Below are positions 1-10,964 of a DNA stretch of 64,000 bases, one piece after another. The position numbers and the translations under genes were made by a program. Under the pieces are notes generated by a model. That model saw only the letters and a program-made list of their open reading frames with translations. It had not been told where the DNA came from and searched no databases. The first letter of the stretch is position 1, and each line of letters starts with the position of its first letter. This stretch comes from Obrimoposthia wandeli (taxonomy: Eukaryota). The stretch lies in assembly GCA_977020255.1 (NCBI GenBank), contig CDROCS010000506.1:1550001-1614000 (forward strand), given 5' to 3'.

Positions 1-565
1 TCGCTAACCCTAAGGCATCACCAAGGTGAGTACTTTGCCCAGCCATAGCCACTTCCGACTCATTTAACAAACCGAGCCACGCTTGATGATCGGCGGTAAA
101 GGGGGCTTGTAAATAGGCGGCATCACCAAATAAAATGAGCCCTAAACGATCACCACTACGTTGCTGTGAAAATTCAGCCAATACATTTTTTACCGCCGTT
201 AAGCGTGAAATGCTGTCGCTACCCGGAACACTAAAATCTCGACTATCCATCGAGCCAGATAAATCGACCACCACCATCAAATCACGACCAAACTGCGAAC
301 GTATTTGTGGTTCATCCAGCCACATCGGTTTTGCCATCGCAACAACCAACAATAACCACACTAGCGATAATGCGATACGTTGCCATATTTTCGGTTCTAG
401 CTTCACCGCCCCTGTATTAGGCTGTTCTCCAGATAAACTCACGAGTTGACTAAAAAATGGCACTTGCAGCGCTGACTGTTTTATTTTATAGGCCGGTGAA
501 AATCGTTGAATAAACCAAGGTAAGGGCAACAATAAAAATAACCACGGATAACTGAACTCAATCAT
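1..565 (-). CDS. vWA-domain protein (BatA-like), 5' part only; runs off the window start
   Basis: Not in the ORF track. Manual minus-strand translation from ATG at 565 gives MIEFSYPWYFLLLPLPWFIQRFSP..., the MIDAS motif VVVDLSGSM, and GDRLGLILFGDAAY..APFT..MAGQSTHLGDALGL. The start overlaps the stop of the upstream gene. Confidence 0.9.
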   Translation of the reverse strand, partial: MIEFSYPWLFLLLPLPWFIQRFSPAYKIKQSALQVPFFSQLVSLSGEQPNTGAVKLEPKIWQRIALSLVWLLLVVAMAKPMWLDEPQIRSQFGRDLMVVVDLSGSMDSRDFSVPGSDSISRLTAVKNVLAEFSQQRSGDRLGLILFGDAAYLQAPFTADHQAWLGLLNESEVAMAGQSTHLGDALGLA

Positions 566-1190
566 GCTTGTTGCGAACATGCTCACCTCCTCCGACTTCA
601 ATGCTTAGATCACTACCTAGAGCACTACCTAGAGCACTACCGGCCTCACGACCTAATTCGGCACCATCAATATGCAATTTAAGCCAGCGCTGCGTCGATA
701 ATATTAATACCTGATTATGGGCAGCAGACCACTCACTTAGCGATAATGGTAAATACAGCGCTTGTTGCCATAACTCCCCTATCGCTGAATCAAACTCGGT
801 ACTGTCTTGTGTACAACTATCTAAAAAAACTAAAAACGCAGGTCCTTGTAACTGACGTGCCGTTAATGACTGCTTTGGGTATGCTTGCAAACATGCTTGC
901 TGTAATAATTGGTGAATAAATCGTGGTGTATGTGAACAGTCACTTACATCACAAGCCAATAATTTAGACTGTAATTTTTTCCGATAGCGATTACGCCAAT
1001 ATTTCTGCCCTGCTAACAACAAATAGTGGCCAATAAATAACGTCAGAACTAAACCAACCACAAACCAACCCCAAGTTTGAGGTAAAAAACTTATCTGTTC
1101 AGGGGCATTAATTTGTACCATATCGCGTAATAGTAAGTTACCGAATGCATCGCCGACTAAATTTGTATTATCAACATCTGCCATTATCAC
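558..1190 (-). CDS. DUF4381-family membrane protein of the MoxR/Bat operon
   Basis: P..ISFLPQTWGW plus one TM helix; located between DUF58 and the vWA gene. Confidence 0.8.
   Translation of the reverse strand: MIMADVDNTNLVGDAFGNLLLRDMVQINAPEQISFLPQTWGWFVVGLVLTLFIGHYLLLAGQKYWRNRYRKKLQSKLLACDVSDCSHTPRFIHQLLQQACLQAYPKQSLTARQLQGPAFLVFLDSCTQDSTEFDSAIGELWQQALYLPLSLSEWSAAHNQVLILSTQRWLKLHIDGAELGREAGSALGSALGSDLSIEVGGGEHVRNKHD
611..641. repeat. 12-bp tandem repeat (cactacctagag x2.6) encoding GSAL-GSAL-GS at the DUF4381 C-terminus
   Basis: Read directly from the sequence. Confidence 0.85.
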
Positions 1191-2194
1191 TCCTCTCCGC
1201 TATTTTTATTATTCATATGAAAAGCAGACTTAAATTGATTAATCTCACTGCCGTCAGTACCAATATCGATTATCGAAAGCGCAGATAATTGCAGGGCTTG
1301 TTGTAGCAAATCTTGCTTAGCCAAAAAAGCAGCTTGATAGGCATGCTGTAAAGCGTTTTTATTACGTTGTAATTGCTGATTAGAAAGCTGTAATTGATGA
1401 TGACCATCACTGGTGATCAGAGAATCAATATTGATTAAACTCTGTTCAAGGGGATCACTAATATGCACAGCAATAACATCATTATGCTGCTGCAACGCAC
1501 GTAACCGATTTGCGCATTCTTCATCAAAGCCATACCAGTCGCTGATAATGACAAATGTTTTTGACTTTGCTTGCAATGCTTGCAGCGTCGCTAACATATC
1601 GGTTAAACGTATCTTTGGCACATCAACATCCGCAAGGCCGACTTGCAGTTGATGATTAACAGTATGCAATTGCTGAATAAATTGCAGCGCTAATGTATTA
1701 CTGCGCTGTGGTTTAAAATGGAAACTTGTCTGATCATTAAAAATGTAACCGCCGACACGGTCGGCATCAGCAAGTACACGCCATAGACATAGCGCAGCAA
1801 GATTCGCCGCGACAACGGATTTCATCGTCTGCTGTGAACTAAAGAACATGGATTGACGCTGATCGACACACAGCCAAATCTGCCGCTCTTTTTCTTCACT
1901 GTAAGCGCGTACATGTGGTTTACCGGTTCTTAACGTGACTTTCCAATCTAAATTTTTAACATCATCGCCATTATTATAATGACGTAACTCTTCAAAATTT
2001 AATCCTCGTCCGCGTAAGCGTGATTCATGTAGCCCCGAAAAAATACTACAACGTCCCTGCTTGGGAGAAAAACTAAAACCTGCCGTTTGCGCTTTAATTT
2101 TTAATAAATCATTTAAATCAGTGTATATACGCGGATCATCATGCAAAGAACCACCAGGTTTATCCGTTGTTGAAAACCATCTATTCCAAGCCAT
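1187..2194 (-). CDS. DUF58 family protein
   Basis: SRLRGRGLNFEELRHY..GDDVKNLDWKVTLRTGKPHVRAYSEEKER..LCVDQRQSMFF motif; follows the MoxR gene. Confidence 0.92.
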   Translation of the reverse strand: MAWNRWFSTTDKPGGSLHDDPRIYTDLNDLLKIKAQTAGFSFSPKQGRCSIFSGLHESRLRGRGLNFEELRHYNNGDDVKNLDWKVTLRTGKPHVRAYSEEKERQIWLCVDQRQSMFFSSQQTMKSVVAANLAALCLWRVLADADRVGGYIFNDQTSFHFKPQRSNTLALQFIQQLHTVNHQLQVGLADVDVPKIRLTDMLATLQALQAKSKTFVIISDWYGFDEECANRLRALQQHNDVIAVHISDPLEQSLINIDSLITSDGHHQLQLSNQQLQRNKNALQHAYQAAFLAKQDLLQQALQLSALSIIDIGTDGSEINQFKSAFHMNNKNSGEE

Positions 2195-2198
2195 AGCA

Positions 2199-3266
2199 CT
2201 ACCCTATCATCACGTGTTCAAGGATCTCATCAATCACCTGCGCAGTCGTGACACGCTCACTAATGGCCGCATAACTTAATACTAAACGATGCCCTAATAC
2301 CAAATGCACCATCGCGCGTACATCATCCGGGTCGACATAATCACGCCCCGCTAACCATGCATGTGCTCTAGCACCACGATCAAGGGCGATACTGGCTCTC
2401 GGACTTGCGCCAACAGACAACCATTGCGGAAATTGAGCATGGCTATAATCGCCTACCCCTCGTGTTGCCATCACCAAGTTAACCACATAACTTTTTATCA
2501 ATGGTGAAATATGAATCCGAGAAACTTCTTGTTGGGCGACAATAATATGTTCAGGTCGAATCATCAGATTCGGAATTGAAAGACTGTTTTTGATAATATC
2601 TTGAGACTGGGATCCTGCAGGATCCTTTGACTTACGATCTTTTGACTCACTATCTTCAGATAAATCATCACTCGATATACTCATTAACTCTTCTTTACGC
2701 ACCAAGTCAATAATCGCTAGCTCGGATTCAGCATCGGGATAATCGACATTCACTTTCAACATAAAGCGATCCATTTGCGCTTCAGGTAACGGATAAGTAC
2801 CCTCTTGCTCCACTGGATTTTGAGTCGCTAATACCATGAATAAATGTGGCAGTTGACGCGTTTCACCAGCCGATGTGACTGAATTTTCAGCCATCGCTTC
2901 TAACAACGCAGATTGTACTTTTGCTGGTGCTCGGTTAATTTCATCGGCGAGGACTAAATTGTTAAAAATAGGCCCAGGTTGGAATGTAAGGCTATGCTTA
3001 CCTTCAACCTCACGGTAAATTTCAGCGCCTGTTACATCAGACGGTAATAAATCTGGCGTGAACTGCACTCGGCCAAAATCAGCATTCATTGCATCAGCAA
3101 GCGCTTTAATTGAACGCGTTTTAGCGGTACCGGGTAAACCTTCGAGTAGTACATGACCACGGGTTAATAAACCTATCAGCAAGGCTTTGACTACATCGTC
3201 TTGACCGACGACAGATTGATTAACGGTATTAGATAATTGTTTAAATACTTGCTGGGAAAGGCTCAT
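2199..3266 (-). CDS. MoxR-family AAA+ ATPase
   Basis: Walker A GLPGTAKT, VQFTPDLLPSD, Walker B LADEINRAPAKVQSALLEAM, ATQNP.EQEGTYPLPEAQMDRF, ASPRAS. Start trimmed to MSLSQQ (3266). Confidence 0.93.
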   Translation of the reverse strand: MSLSQQVFKQLSNTVNQSVVGQDDVVKALLIGLLTRGHVLLEGLPGTAKTRSIKALADAMNADFGRVQFTPDLLPSDVTGAEIYREVEGKHSLTFQPGPIFNNLVLADEINRAPAKVQSALLEAMAENSVTSAGETRQLPHLFMVLATQNPVEQEGTYPLPEAQMDRFMLKVNVDYPDAESELAIIDLVRKEELMSISSDDLSEDSESKDRKSKDPAGSQSQDIIKNSLSIPNLMIRPEHIIVAQQEVSRIHISPLIKSYVVNLVMATRGVGDYSHAQFPQWLSVGASPRASIALDRGARAHAWLAGRDYVDPDDVRAMVHLVLGHRLVLSYAAISERVTTAQVIDEILEHVMIG

Positions 3267-3380
3267 AACAGTCTCATGTTCTACGCAGAATGATAGACAG
3301 TTATGATATGAGGTTAATGACAGAGGTAACACAGTAATACTACTGATCGTGGGCTGATAATCGGTGAAGACGTATTAAAC

Positions 3381-3407
3381 GGCAATAAGTCAGTTCGACT
3401 TACTGCC
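3381..3407 (-). terminator. Hairpin downstream of the symporter gene, possible terminator
   Basis: ggcaataagtc-agttc-gacttactgcc imperfect stem; only a weak U-tract. Confidence 0.45.
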
Positions 3408-3430
3408 ACTCAATAAAAACGCAATAAAAA

Positions 3431-4999
3431 CTATGCGGTTTGCTCGCTCACGGTTAATTTATCAAAGAATAAGCGCGTTTCTTCAATAACCACATGACGT
3501 AAACCAATCAAACCAATTAAGTTAGGGATCGCCATTAAACCATTAACAATATCAGCCAAGATCCAAATTAGATCCAGATGTAAGAACGCGCCACCAGCAA
3601 CCAATACAATATAACCATACTTGTACGGTTTAATACCCTTTTGGCCAAACAGATATTGCACACAACGTTCGCCATAATAATTCCAACCTAGGATAGTAGT
3701 GAAGGCAAAGAACACCAGCCCTAAGGTAATCACATATTGGCCGATTAACGGTGATAATCCTTGTTCAAACGCTAATGTGGTCATCGCCGCGCCAGAAGTA
3801 TCGCCACTCCATACGCCTGTTAACACTAACGTTAGACCTGTCATGGTACAAATAATGATGGTATCGAAGAAAGTACCCGTCATTGAAATCAAGCCCTGCT
3901 TTACACAAGAATCTGTCTTTGCTGCAGCGGCCGCGATTGGCGCACTGCCTAAGCCAGATTCATTGGAAAACACACCACGCGCCACACCACTTTGAATCGC
4001 CAACATAACTGTCGCCCCTAAGAAACCACCCGTTGCTGCTGTTGGCGTAAAGGCACTACTGATAACAAGAGCAATCGCATCAGGCACAGCGCTAATATTA
4101 AATAACAGCACTAACAATGACGCGAATACATAACCTACCGCCATAAAAGGCACTGTACGCTGGGCAATCGCTGAAATAGAGTTAATCCCCCCCAATGTCA
4201 CCATCGCCACTAATACTGTCAGTACTGCTGCAGATAACCACACTGGCACATTAAACGAGATCTGCACCGCTTCGGTGATCGCATTCACTTGTGGGAAAGT
4301 ACCTATACCAAAACAGGCTACGCCAATACCAAAGAGTGCAAATGCCTTGGCTAAAAATCGATTACCTAAGCCATGTTCAAGGTAATACATAGGGCCACCA
4401 GCCATTTGACCTTTTTCATCGACAACGCGGTACTTCACCGCCAATAAACATTCGGCATATTTAGTCGCCATACCAAAAAAGGCCGCCATCCACATCCAAA
4501 ATAATGCCCCAGGACCACCCATTTTAATCGCAGTGGCAACACCGACAATATTACCGGTACCGATAGTGGCAGACAGCGCGGTGCATAATGCCGCAAAGCT
4601 ACTGATGTCACCTTGCTTATTCTTTTGGAGGCCATCACTTTTATCCCCTGAAAACAGGTATTTTAGTGCTAGGGGTAACTTGGTGATCTGTAGAAAACCT
4701 AAACGCAGTGTCAGATAAATACCGGTACCGACCAAGAGTAATAACAATGGCGGGCCCCAAATAAAATGATCGATACTTTGCAGAATATGTTGCAGGGGTT
4801 GTGATAAAAAATTAACGATGGATTGCAGTAACGAAGACTGTAGTGGTAAATCGGTGATATCTGGTAGTGCAGATGCTGATAGATCTGGTGTAGATAGCTC
4901 TGATGCAGATAGTGTTGGTGCTAATAATGTTGATGTGAATAGTACTGTTAATTGTACTATTGATTGTGCTGTTAATTGTAAGTAGTGCATTAAAATCAT
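3431..4999 (-). CDS. Sodium:alanine/glycine symporter (AGCS family)
   Basis: SFAALCTALSATIGTGNIVGVATAI..GGPGALFWMW, GVARGVFSNESGLGS, FFAFTTILGWNYYGE; lies downstream of a glycine riboswitch. Confidence 0.95.
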   Translation of the reverse strand: MILMHYLQLTAQSIVQLTVLFTSTLLAPTLSASELSTPDLSASALPDITDLPLQSSLLQSIVNFLSQPLQHILQSIDHFIWGPPLLLLLVGTGIYLTLRLGFLQITKLPLALKYLFSGDKSDGLQKNKQGDISSFAALCTALSATIGTGNIVGVATAIKMGGPGALFWMWMAAFFGMATKYAECLLAVKYRVVDEKGQMAGGPMYYLEHGLGNRFLAKAFALFGIGVACFGIGTFPQVNAITEAVQISFNVPVWLSAAVLTVLVAMVTLGGINSISAIAQRTVPFMAVGYVFASLLVLLFNISAVPDAIALVISSAFTPTAATGGFLGATVMLAIQSGVARGVFSNESGLGSAPIAAAAAKTDSCVKQGLISMTGTFFDTIIICTMTGLTLVLTGVWSGDTSGAAMTTLAFEQGLSPLIGQYVITLGLVFFAFTTILGWNYYGERCVQYLFGQKGIKPYKYGYIVLVAGGAFLHLDLIWILADIVNGLMAIPNLIGLIGLRHVVIEETRLFFDKLTVSEQTA

Positions 5000-5121
5000 T
5001 CCTCAAGAATGTGAATCTGAGGAGGATGTTATTATTCAAGATGGGTAAACGAAGCAAAAAAACCACAGCAACAGCCAAGGCAAAAAGCAGACGTGAAAGT
5101 ACGCAAAAAAAATAATCCTAT

Positions 5122-5320
5122 CCTCTGTCCTTTGTACCTGAGAGTTTCAACGACATTGTCGCTTTGCTCCTTCGGCGTCCAATTTAATGGATCTCTCCAG
5201 AGGCTCGTCCAGTAACAGTCCCTACTTTTCCTCGCGGAATAAAGCGCCTGAAAGATTTACTTCTTCGGCGGGCACTTATTTATTGAATCCAAGTGCCACT
5301 CTCCTGCTACCTTCATCCGA
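5122..5320 (-). ncRNA. Tandem (two-aptamer) glycine riboswitch
   Basis: Minus strand reads ..GUAGCAGGAGAG..CCGCCGAAGAAGUAAAUCUUUCAGG..GGACUGUUAC UGGACGAG CCUCUGGAGAG..CGCCGAAGGAGCAA..AAACUCUCAGGUACAAAGGACAGAGG. Both aptamer cores and the GGACGA linker match the known consensus, and it sits upstream of an AGCS symporter as in Vibrio. Confidence 0.96.
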
Positions 5321-5434
5321 ACTTAGTGTGGATATATCACAACATTAAATGCTATGAACGAGTAAATACTAGCACGTAATACTTCAATAAAAATACATAA
5401 TGCAGTGCGAATGATTAACAATTAATCTGTAGAC

Positions 5435-5460
5435 AAAAAAAAGCCCTGAAACTCAGGGCT
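5435..5460 (-). terminator. Rho-independent terminator of clpB
   Basis: agccctga-aac-tcagggct stem with an 8-A tract (U-tract on the minus strand). Confidence 0.8.
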
Positions 5461-5522
5461 CTTTCATCATAATTAATTGGTTAATCAGTTATCGACCGAC
5501 ATTATCGTCGACTAAGGCATGC

Positions 5523-8096
5523 TTATTGGCTAACGCATAACTCATCATCAACAACCGTTATTTTCACTGCTTTGCCCGGGACGATACTACCAGCCAGAAT
5601 CGCATTAGCTAGGCGATTTTCAACCTGTTTTTGCAACACTCGTTTCAGCGGCCTTGCACCAAACAAAGGATCAAATCCAGCCTCGGCTAATTTAGCCAAT
5701 GCACCCGCGGTAATCGATAAGCTATAACCCAATTGTTTTAATCGTGCTTCTAACGATTTTAATTGGATCGCGGCAATTTTCTCGATGTGATTACGCCCCA
5801 ATGGATGGAATACCACGGTATCATCAATACGGTTAATAAATTCAGGACGGAAACTTTGGCCAAGTAATTCTAACAAGGCTGCTTTTATGCCTTCCTGATC
5901 GTGGGTCGCGTATTTTTCCTGAATAATATCTGAGCCTAAATTAGACGTCATAATAATCACGGTATTACGGAAATCAACAGTTCGGCCCTGACCATCCGTT
6001 AAGCGGCCATCATCTAATACCTGTAATAAAATATTAAAGATATCTGGATGGGCTTTTTCAATTTCATCCAGCAAGATCACCGAATACGGTTTACGGCGTA
6101 CGGCTTCGGTCAGGTAACCACCTTCTTCATAACCGACATAACCCGGAGGTGCACCGATTAAACGCGAAACTGAATGTTTCTCCATAAATTCAGACATATC
6201 AATACGGATCATAGCGTGGTCAGAATCAAAGATAAAATCAGCCAAAGCTTTGCATACTTCAGTTTTACCGACACCCGTTGGTCCCATGAATAAGAACGAC
6301 CCCATCGGACGATTTGGATCTGCTAACCCCGCGCGGCTACGACGAATAGCATTAGACACCACACTAATGGCTTCTTCTTGACCAATAACGCGTTGGTGTA
6401 AGTTAGTTTCCATCGCCAATAATTTTTCTTTTTCGCCTTCCAGCATGCGGTTCACTGGGATACCGGTCCAGCGCGATAGAATATCGGCGATCTCGGCTTC
6501 ACCAACCTTATGCTTTAACAAGGTCATGTCTTGCATCTCTGCTTGCGCGGCGAGATCTAATTGTTTTTCTAACATCGGGATCGTACCATATTGCAGTTCC
6601 GACATTTTATTTAAATCACTCGCACGTCGCGCCATATCCAGTTCAACACGGGCTTTATCTAACGCTGATTTAATGTGTTTGGTACCAGATAGTGCTGCTT
6701 TTTCAGTACGCCATATTTCATCTAAATCATTAAACTTATCTTGTTTATCAGCCAATTCATCTGCCAATGTCGACAAGCGTTTAATACTAGCAGCATCATC
6801 TTCTTTTTCTAGCGCCTGCTGCTCAATCTTGAGCTGAATAATACGACGTTCTAACTTATCTAACGCTTCAGGTTTTGAATCCATTTGTAGGCGAATAGAC
6901 GATGCAGCTTCATCAATCAGATCAATGGCTTTATCAGGTAACTGACGGTCAGAAATATAACGGTGTGACAAGGTGGCCGCCGCGACAATCGCCGGATCGG
7001 TAATATCAACATTATGATGTAATTCATAACGCGATTTTAGACCACGTAAGATAGCAATCGTATCTTCAACGCTTGGCTCTTCAATTAATACTTTTTGGAA
7101 ACGACGTTCAAGCGCCGCATCCTTTTCAATATACTTACGGTACTCATCTAACGTCGTCGCGCCCATGCAATGCAATTCGCCGCGTGCTAACGCAGGTTTG
7201 AGCATATTACCGGCATCCATCGCCCCATCACCTTTACCCGCGCCGATCATGGTGTGTAATTCATCAATGAACAAGATAGTTTGGCCTTCAGTCTGCGCCA
7301 ATTCCTTGATCACCGATTTTAATCTTTCTTCAAACTCACCACGGTATTTAGCACCAGCGATTAACGCGCCCATATCTAAAGATAGTACTCGTTTATTTTT
7401 CAGTCCTTCTGGCACTTCACCATTAACAATACGTTGTGCTAACCCTTCAGCAATGGCGGTTTTACCCACACCCGGTTCACCAATTAAAACAGGGTTATTT
7501 TTAGTCCGGCGTTGTAATACTTGAATGGCACGACGAATTTCATCATCACGGCCAATAACGGGATCTAATTTACCCACTTCAGCACGTTCAGTCAGATCTA
7601 ATGTATATTTACTTAATGCTTCACGCTGCTCTTCAGCGCCTTGATTATCCACTTTGTCACCACCGCGGATCACATCAATCGCTTCTTCCACTTGTTTGCG
7701 CGTGCCACCCGATTTACGCAGTAATTCACCTAAACGGCCTTTATCTTCAACCGCTGCCAGTACAAACATCTCGGAAGAAATAAATTTATCTTTACGTTTT
7801 TGGGCAAATTTATCACACAAATTTAAGAGCATATTCAACGCTGACGATAATTGGATGTCGCCTTGTGTACCTTGCACTTGTGGTAAACGCTCTAACTCAT
7901 CGGCTAACTGCCAACGTAATGAATTGGCATCGATGGTTGCGGCAGTGAGCAAGGGACGAATAGAACTGTGATCTTGATTTAATAACGCGGTCATCAAGTG
8001 AATAGGTTCGATAAATTGATTATCTTTACCCAGAGCAAGTGACTGCGCATCAGAAATAGCCATTTGGAATTTAGAAGTGAGTTGATCTAAGCGCAT
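5523..8096 (-). CDS. clpB: ATP-dependent chaperone ClpB
   Basis: [12 protein letters not shown]-domain, two AAA modules (GEPGVGKT; GPTGVGKT), coiled-coil middle domain, 857 aa. Confidence 0.98.
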   Translation of the reverse strand: MRLDQLTSKFQMAISDAQSLALGKDNQFIEPIHLMTALLNQDHSSIRPLLTAATIDANSLRWQLADELERLPQVQGTQGDIQLSSALNMLLNLCDKFAQKRKDKFISSEMFVLAAVEDKGRLGELLRKSGGTRKQVEEAIDVIRGGDKVDNQGAEEQREALSKYTLDLTERAEVGKLDPVIGRDDEIRRAIQVLQRRTKNNPVLIGEPGVGKTAIAEGLAQRIVNGEVPEGLKNKRVLSLDMGALIAGAKYRGEFEERLKSVIKELAQTEGQTILFIDELHTMIGAGKGDGAMDAGNMLKPALARGELHCMGATTLDEYRKYIEKDAALERRFQKVLIEEPSVEDTIAILRGLKSRYELHHNVDITDPAIVAAATLSHRYISDRQLPDKAIDLIDEAASSIRLQMDSKPEALDKLERRIIQLKIEQQALEKEDDAASIKRLSTLADELADKQDKFNDLDEIWRTEKAALSGTKHIKSALDKARVELDMARRASDLNKMSELQYGTIPMLEKQLDLAAQAEMQDMTLLKHKVGEAEIADILSRWTGIPVNRMLEGEKEKLLAMETNLHQRVIGQEEAISVVSNAIRRSRAGLADPNRPMGSFLFMGPTGVGKTEVCKALADFIFDSDHAMIRIDMSEFMEKHSVSRLIGAPPGYVGYEEGGYLTEAVRRKPYSVILLDEIEKAHPDIFNILLQVLDDGRLTDGQGRTVDFRNTVIIMTSNLGSDIIQEKYATHDQEGIKAALLELLGQSFRPEFINRIDDTVVFHPLGRNHIEKIAAIQLKSLEARLKQLGYSLSITAGALAKLAEAGFDPLFGARPLKRVLQKQVENRLANAILAGSIVPGKAVKITVVDDELCVSQ

Positions 8097-8263
8097 AACG
8101 ATGTCCTATCGATGTAGAGCAAAAACGAATGCAGCAAGGCTGCTATAGTCGCGATGTATAATGATGTAATAAGATTATTTAGTGGCTACAATTATAGTCG
8201 TTTAATTGTCTTGGGGATATGTTCTAAAGCACTAAAAGCCATAGTTATTATCAGGGTGATTAG

Positions 8264-9022
8264 TTATTGTGATTCAAGGTAAATCAAACTTGCCTGGCGA
8301 CCTGTTTGGCTATCTCTTCGGTATGAATAAAATAAATCAGTTTCACGGTATGTACAGTGGTCACCACCGTAAATATCAGCGGTATTAACAGTGAGCGCTT
8401 GTAAACGCTGTCGTGCTAATAAATAGAGATCAGCTAACCATTTATCACCATCGGCAATAAAAGCGCTGCTTGCTTGCGGATCATGCGTAATAAAGGCATC
8501 ACGTACCTCACTACCCACTTGAAAATGTGTCTGGCTAATTGCTGGGCCTAACCACACTAATAAATCTTTCGGCTGTGCTGATAGTATCGCAAGGGTGTTT
8601 TCAATCACGCCATCGAGTAAACCACGCCAACCGGCATGAATAGCGGCTACTTGCGTACCTGCTTTATCGCAAATTAATAGCGGTAAACAGTCAGCAGTCA
8701 TCACTAAACAAATTTGCCCCGTCATCATGGTCACAGACGCATCAGCAGCGGGTAATTGTTCGGCATCATGGGATTGACCCACAAGCTGAACAACATCCGT
8801 GCTGTGCGTTTGATTCAACCAATATGGCTGTTGTGGCAAATTAGCCGTTGTCATTAACAACTGCCGATTTTGCCACACCAACAAGCTATCATCCTGTACA
8901 TGCAGACCTAAATTAAGGCCCGCATAAGGCGGATGACTCACACCACCCAAACGGGTAGTGCTTAGCGCTTTCACATTGTGAGGCGCTGGCCAATTGGGTT
9001 TTATCAGACGAGGCATAATCAA
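8264..9022 (-). CDS. pgeF: Peptidoglycan editing factor / purine nucleoside phosphorylase PgeF (YfiH)
   Basis: LNLG.HV.D, NQTHS, TADCLPLL, AAIHAGWRG, SYRRD..TGRQAS; located between rluD and clpB. Confidence 0.95.
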   Translation of the reverse strand: MIMPRLIKPNWPAPHNVKALSTTRLGGVSHPPYAGLNLGLHVQDDSLLVWQNRQLLMTTANLPQQPYWLNQTHSTDVVQLVGQSHDAEQLPAADASVTMMTGQICLVMTADCLPLLICDKAGTQVAAIHAGWRGLLDGVIENTLAILSAQPKDLLVWLGPAISQTHFQVGSEVRDAFITHDPQASSAFIADGDKWLADLYLLARQRLQALTVNTADIYGGDHCTYRETDLFYSYRRDSQTGRQASLIYLESQ

Positions 9023-9025
9023 TGA

Positions 9026-10006
9026 TTAACTAATGTAATCATCAATCATGTTTAACGCTGTATCTTCACGTAGGATATGAATAAGTGTATTCATATCAGA
9101 CGGACGTTCTGCGCGCCACATCATCATCTCACCCGTTACTGGGTGTTCTAATCTCAACATACGTGCGTGTAGAGCCTGACGGCCAAAACCACGTAGTGCC
9201 AAAATTAGCGTATCAGTTGCATTGCCAGGTGGCTTTGGACGACCAGCATACACAGTATCACCAACGATAGGATGCATAATATGAGTCATGTGTACACGGA
9301 TTTGGTGAGTACGGCCTGATTCAAGACGTAATCTTAATAACGTATGTGCACGGAACTTATCTGCAACACGGTAATGTGTTTTTGCAGGTTTACCTAATGG
9401 ACGAACTGCCATTTGGATACGTTTCGTTGCGTGACGACCGATAGGCTCATCAACAAAACCACCCGCCGTCATAGTTCCTGATACAACCGCTTCGTATTCA
9501 CGTGTGATACGACGAGCTTGTAGTGCAGTAACTAAATGCGTTTGTGCTGGAATTGTTTTCGCAATTACCATCAAACCAGTTGTGTCTTTATCCAGACGGT
9601 GAACAATACCAGCGCGTGGTACGTCAATGATCGCAGGATAATGGAATAATAATGCATTAAGCACTGTACCATCTGGGTTACCAGCACCTGGATGTACAAC
9701 AAAACCAGCAGGTTTGTTGATCACAAGAATATCATCATCTTCATAAACGATATTAAGTGGCAGATCTTGTGGTTCGAAGCGAACTTCTTCTTCCACTTCT
9801 GCGTTTAAGATAATTTTATCGCCGTATTGCATTTTTTCACGTGCTTTAACGACAACTTTACCGTTTAAGTTAACAAATCCTGCAAGAATCCATTCTTTCA
9901 GACGTGAACGAGAATAATCTTGGAACATCTCGGCTAAAACTTGGTCTAAACGTTGACCGACTTGGTGTTCTGCAACAACGGCAGAAAGTTCTATATGTTG
10001 GCTCAT
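9026..10006 (-). CDS. rluD: 23S rRNA pseudouridine synthase RluD
   Basis: S4 domain RLDQVLAEMFQDYSRSRL, GIVHRLDKDTTG, GRTHQIRVHM. Confidence 0.97.
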   Translation of the reverse strand: MSQHIELSAVVAEHQVGQRLDQVLAEMFQDYSRSRLKEWILAGFVNLNGKVVVKAREKMQYGDKIILNAEVEEEVRFEPQDLPLNIVYEDDDILVINKPAGFVVHPGAGNPDGTVLNALLFHYPAIIDVPRAGIVHRLDKDTTGLMVIAKTIPAQTHLVTALQARRITREYEAVVSGTMTAGGFVDEPIGRHATKRIQMAVRPLGKPAKTHYRVADKFRAHTLLRLRLESGRTHQIRVHMTHIMHPIVGDTVYAGRPKPPGNATDTLILALRGFGRQALHARMLRLEHPVTGEMMMWRAERPSDMNTLIHILREDTALNMIDDYIS

Positions 10007-10143
10007 AGGTAGCAGGGACCCTCTTCGGTCCTAATTTTCAGTATAATTACAGGATTCAGGCTATTTTAGCCTTTTATTTTGCTGTAGCATATTAGCTACA
10101 TAACTATTTTTCGCATTAAGCCATTTGGAATAAATCCAACCTA

Positions 10144-10881
10144 ATGAAAAAATCAATAAAATTAGCAATAAGTTTATCGCTCGCGCTGGTTGTAGCAACC
10201 GGCTGTTCTTCAAAATCAGAGCCTAACGTGCCAGATAAACCAGCCATTGAGCTATATAGCATCGCCCAACAATCGTTACAAGCGGGTAATTTTGTATCCG
10301 CAATTGAAACGCTTGAAGCGCTTGATACGCGTTATCCATTTGGCCCGCACACGGTGCAAGTACAGCTAGACTTGATTTATGCTTACTACAAGAATAGTGA
10401 CACTGCACAGGCATTGGCCAATATAGATCGCTTTATTCGCTTAAATCCAAGCCATAAAGACATTGATTATGTCTACTATATGCGTGGACTTACCAATATG
10501 GGCGCGGATTATAACCTATTTCATGCCCTATTTAATATAGATCGTTCAGATCGAGACCCAAGTTATGCAAATGCGGCCTTCAATGACTTCTCTCGCTTAA
10601 TCAAACGCTACCCAGAAAGTGAGTATGTGGCTGATGCGCAGAAGCGTGCGATTGCCATTAAAAGTCGTCTCGCGCGCTATGAATTATCTGCCGCAGAATA
10701 TTACATGAAACGTAAGGCGTATATCGCTGCGATCCAACGTGCACAACACATTATCGATAACTTTGCCGACACAGAATCACGTACTGCCGCGTTAAAAGTA
10801 ATGATTAAAGCCTACGATATTTTAGAACAGCCTACGCTAAAAGCCAATGCTGAAAAGATTTTAGCGGCCAATGCAGGGTAA
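10144..10881 (+). CDS. bamD: Outer membrane protein assembly lipoprotein BamD
   Basis: Lipobox ATGC, TPR motifs, YPFGPH..Q.QLDLIYAYYK, RF.RLNPSH..IDYVYYMRGL; divergent from rluD. Confidence 0.96.
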   Translation: MKKSIKLAISLSLALVVATGCSSKSEPNVPDKPAIELYSIAQQSLQAGNFVSAIETLEALDTRYPFGPHTVQVQLDLIYAYYKNSDTAQALANIDRFIRLNPSHKDIDYVYYMRGLTNMGADYNLFHALFNIDRSDRDPSYANAAFNDFSRLIKRYPESEYVADAQKRAIAIKSRLARYELSAAEYYMKRKAYIAAIQRAQHIIDNFADTESRTAALKVMIKAYDILEQPTLKANAEKILAANAG

Positions 10882-10930
10882 TTCCTAACGCATTTTGCTG
10901 ATGATAATAAAGTCTAAAATTAAAATATAA

Positions 10931-10964
10931 AAAAACGGCGTCTATGCAAATAGACGCCGTTTTT
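10931..10964. terminator. Bidirectional terminator between bamD and hemE
   Basis: aaaaacggcgtcta-tgcaaa-tagacgccgttttt. Confidence 0.88.

Noticed and set aside
8250-8278. Sigma-32 promoter for clpB (CTTGAA-N15-ACCCTGAT on the minus strand)
   Set aside because: The -35 is perfect and correctly placed, but the -10 matches CCCCATNT poorly; plausible but not supportable
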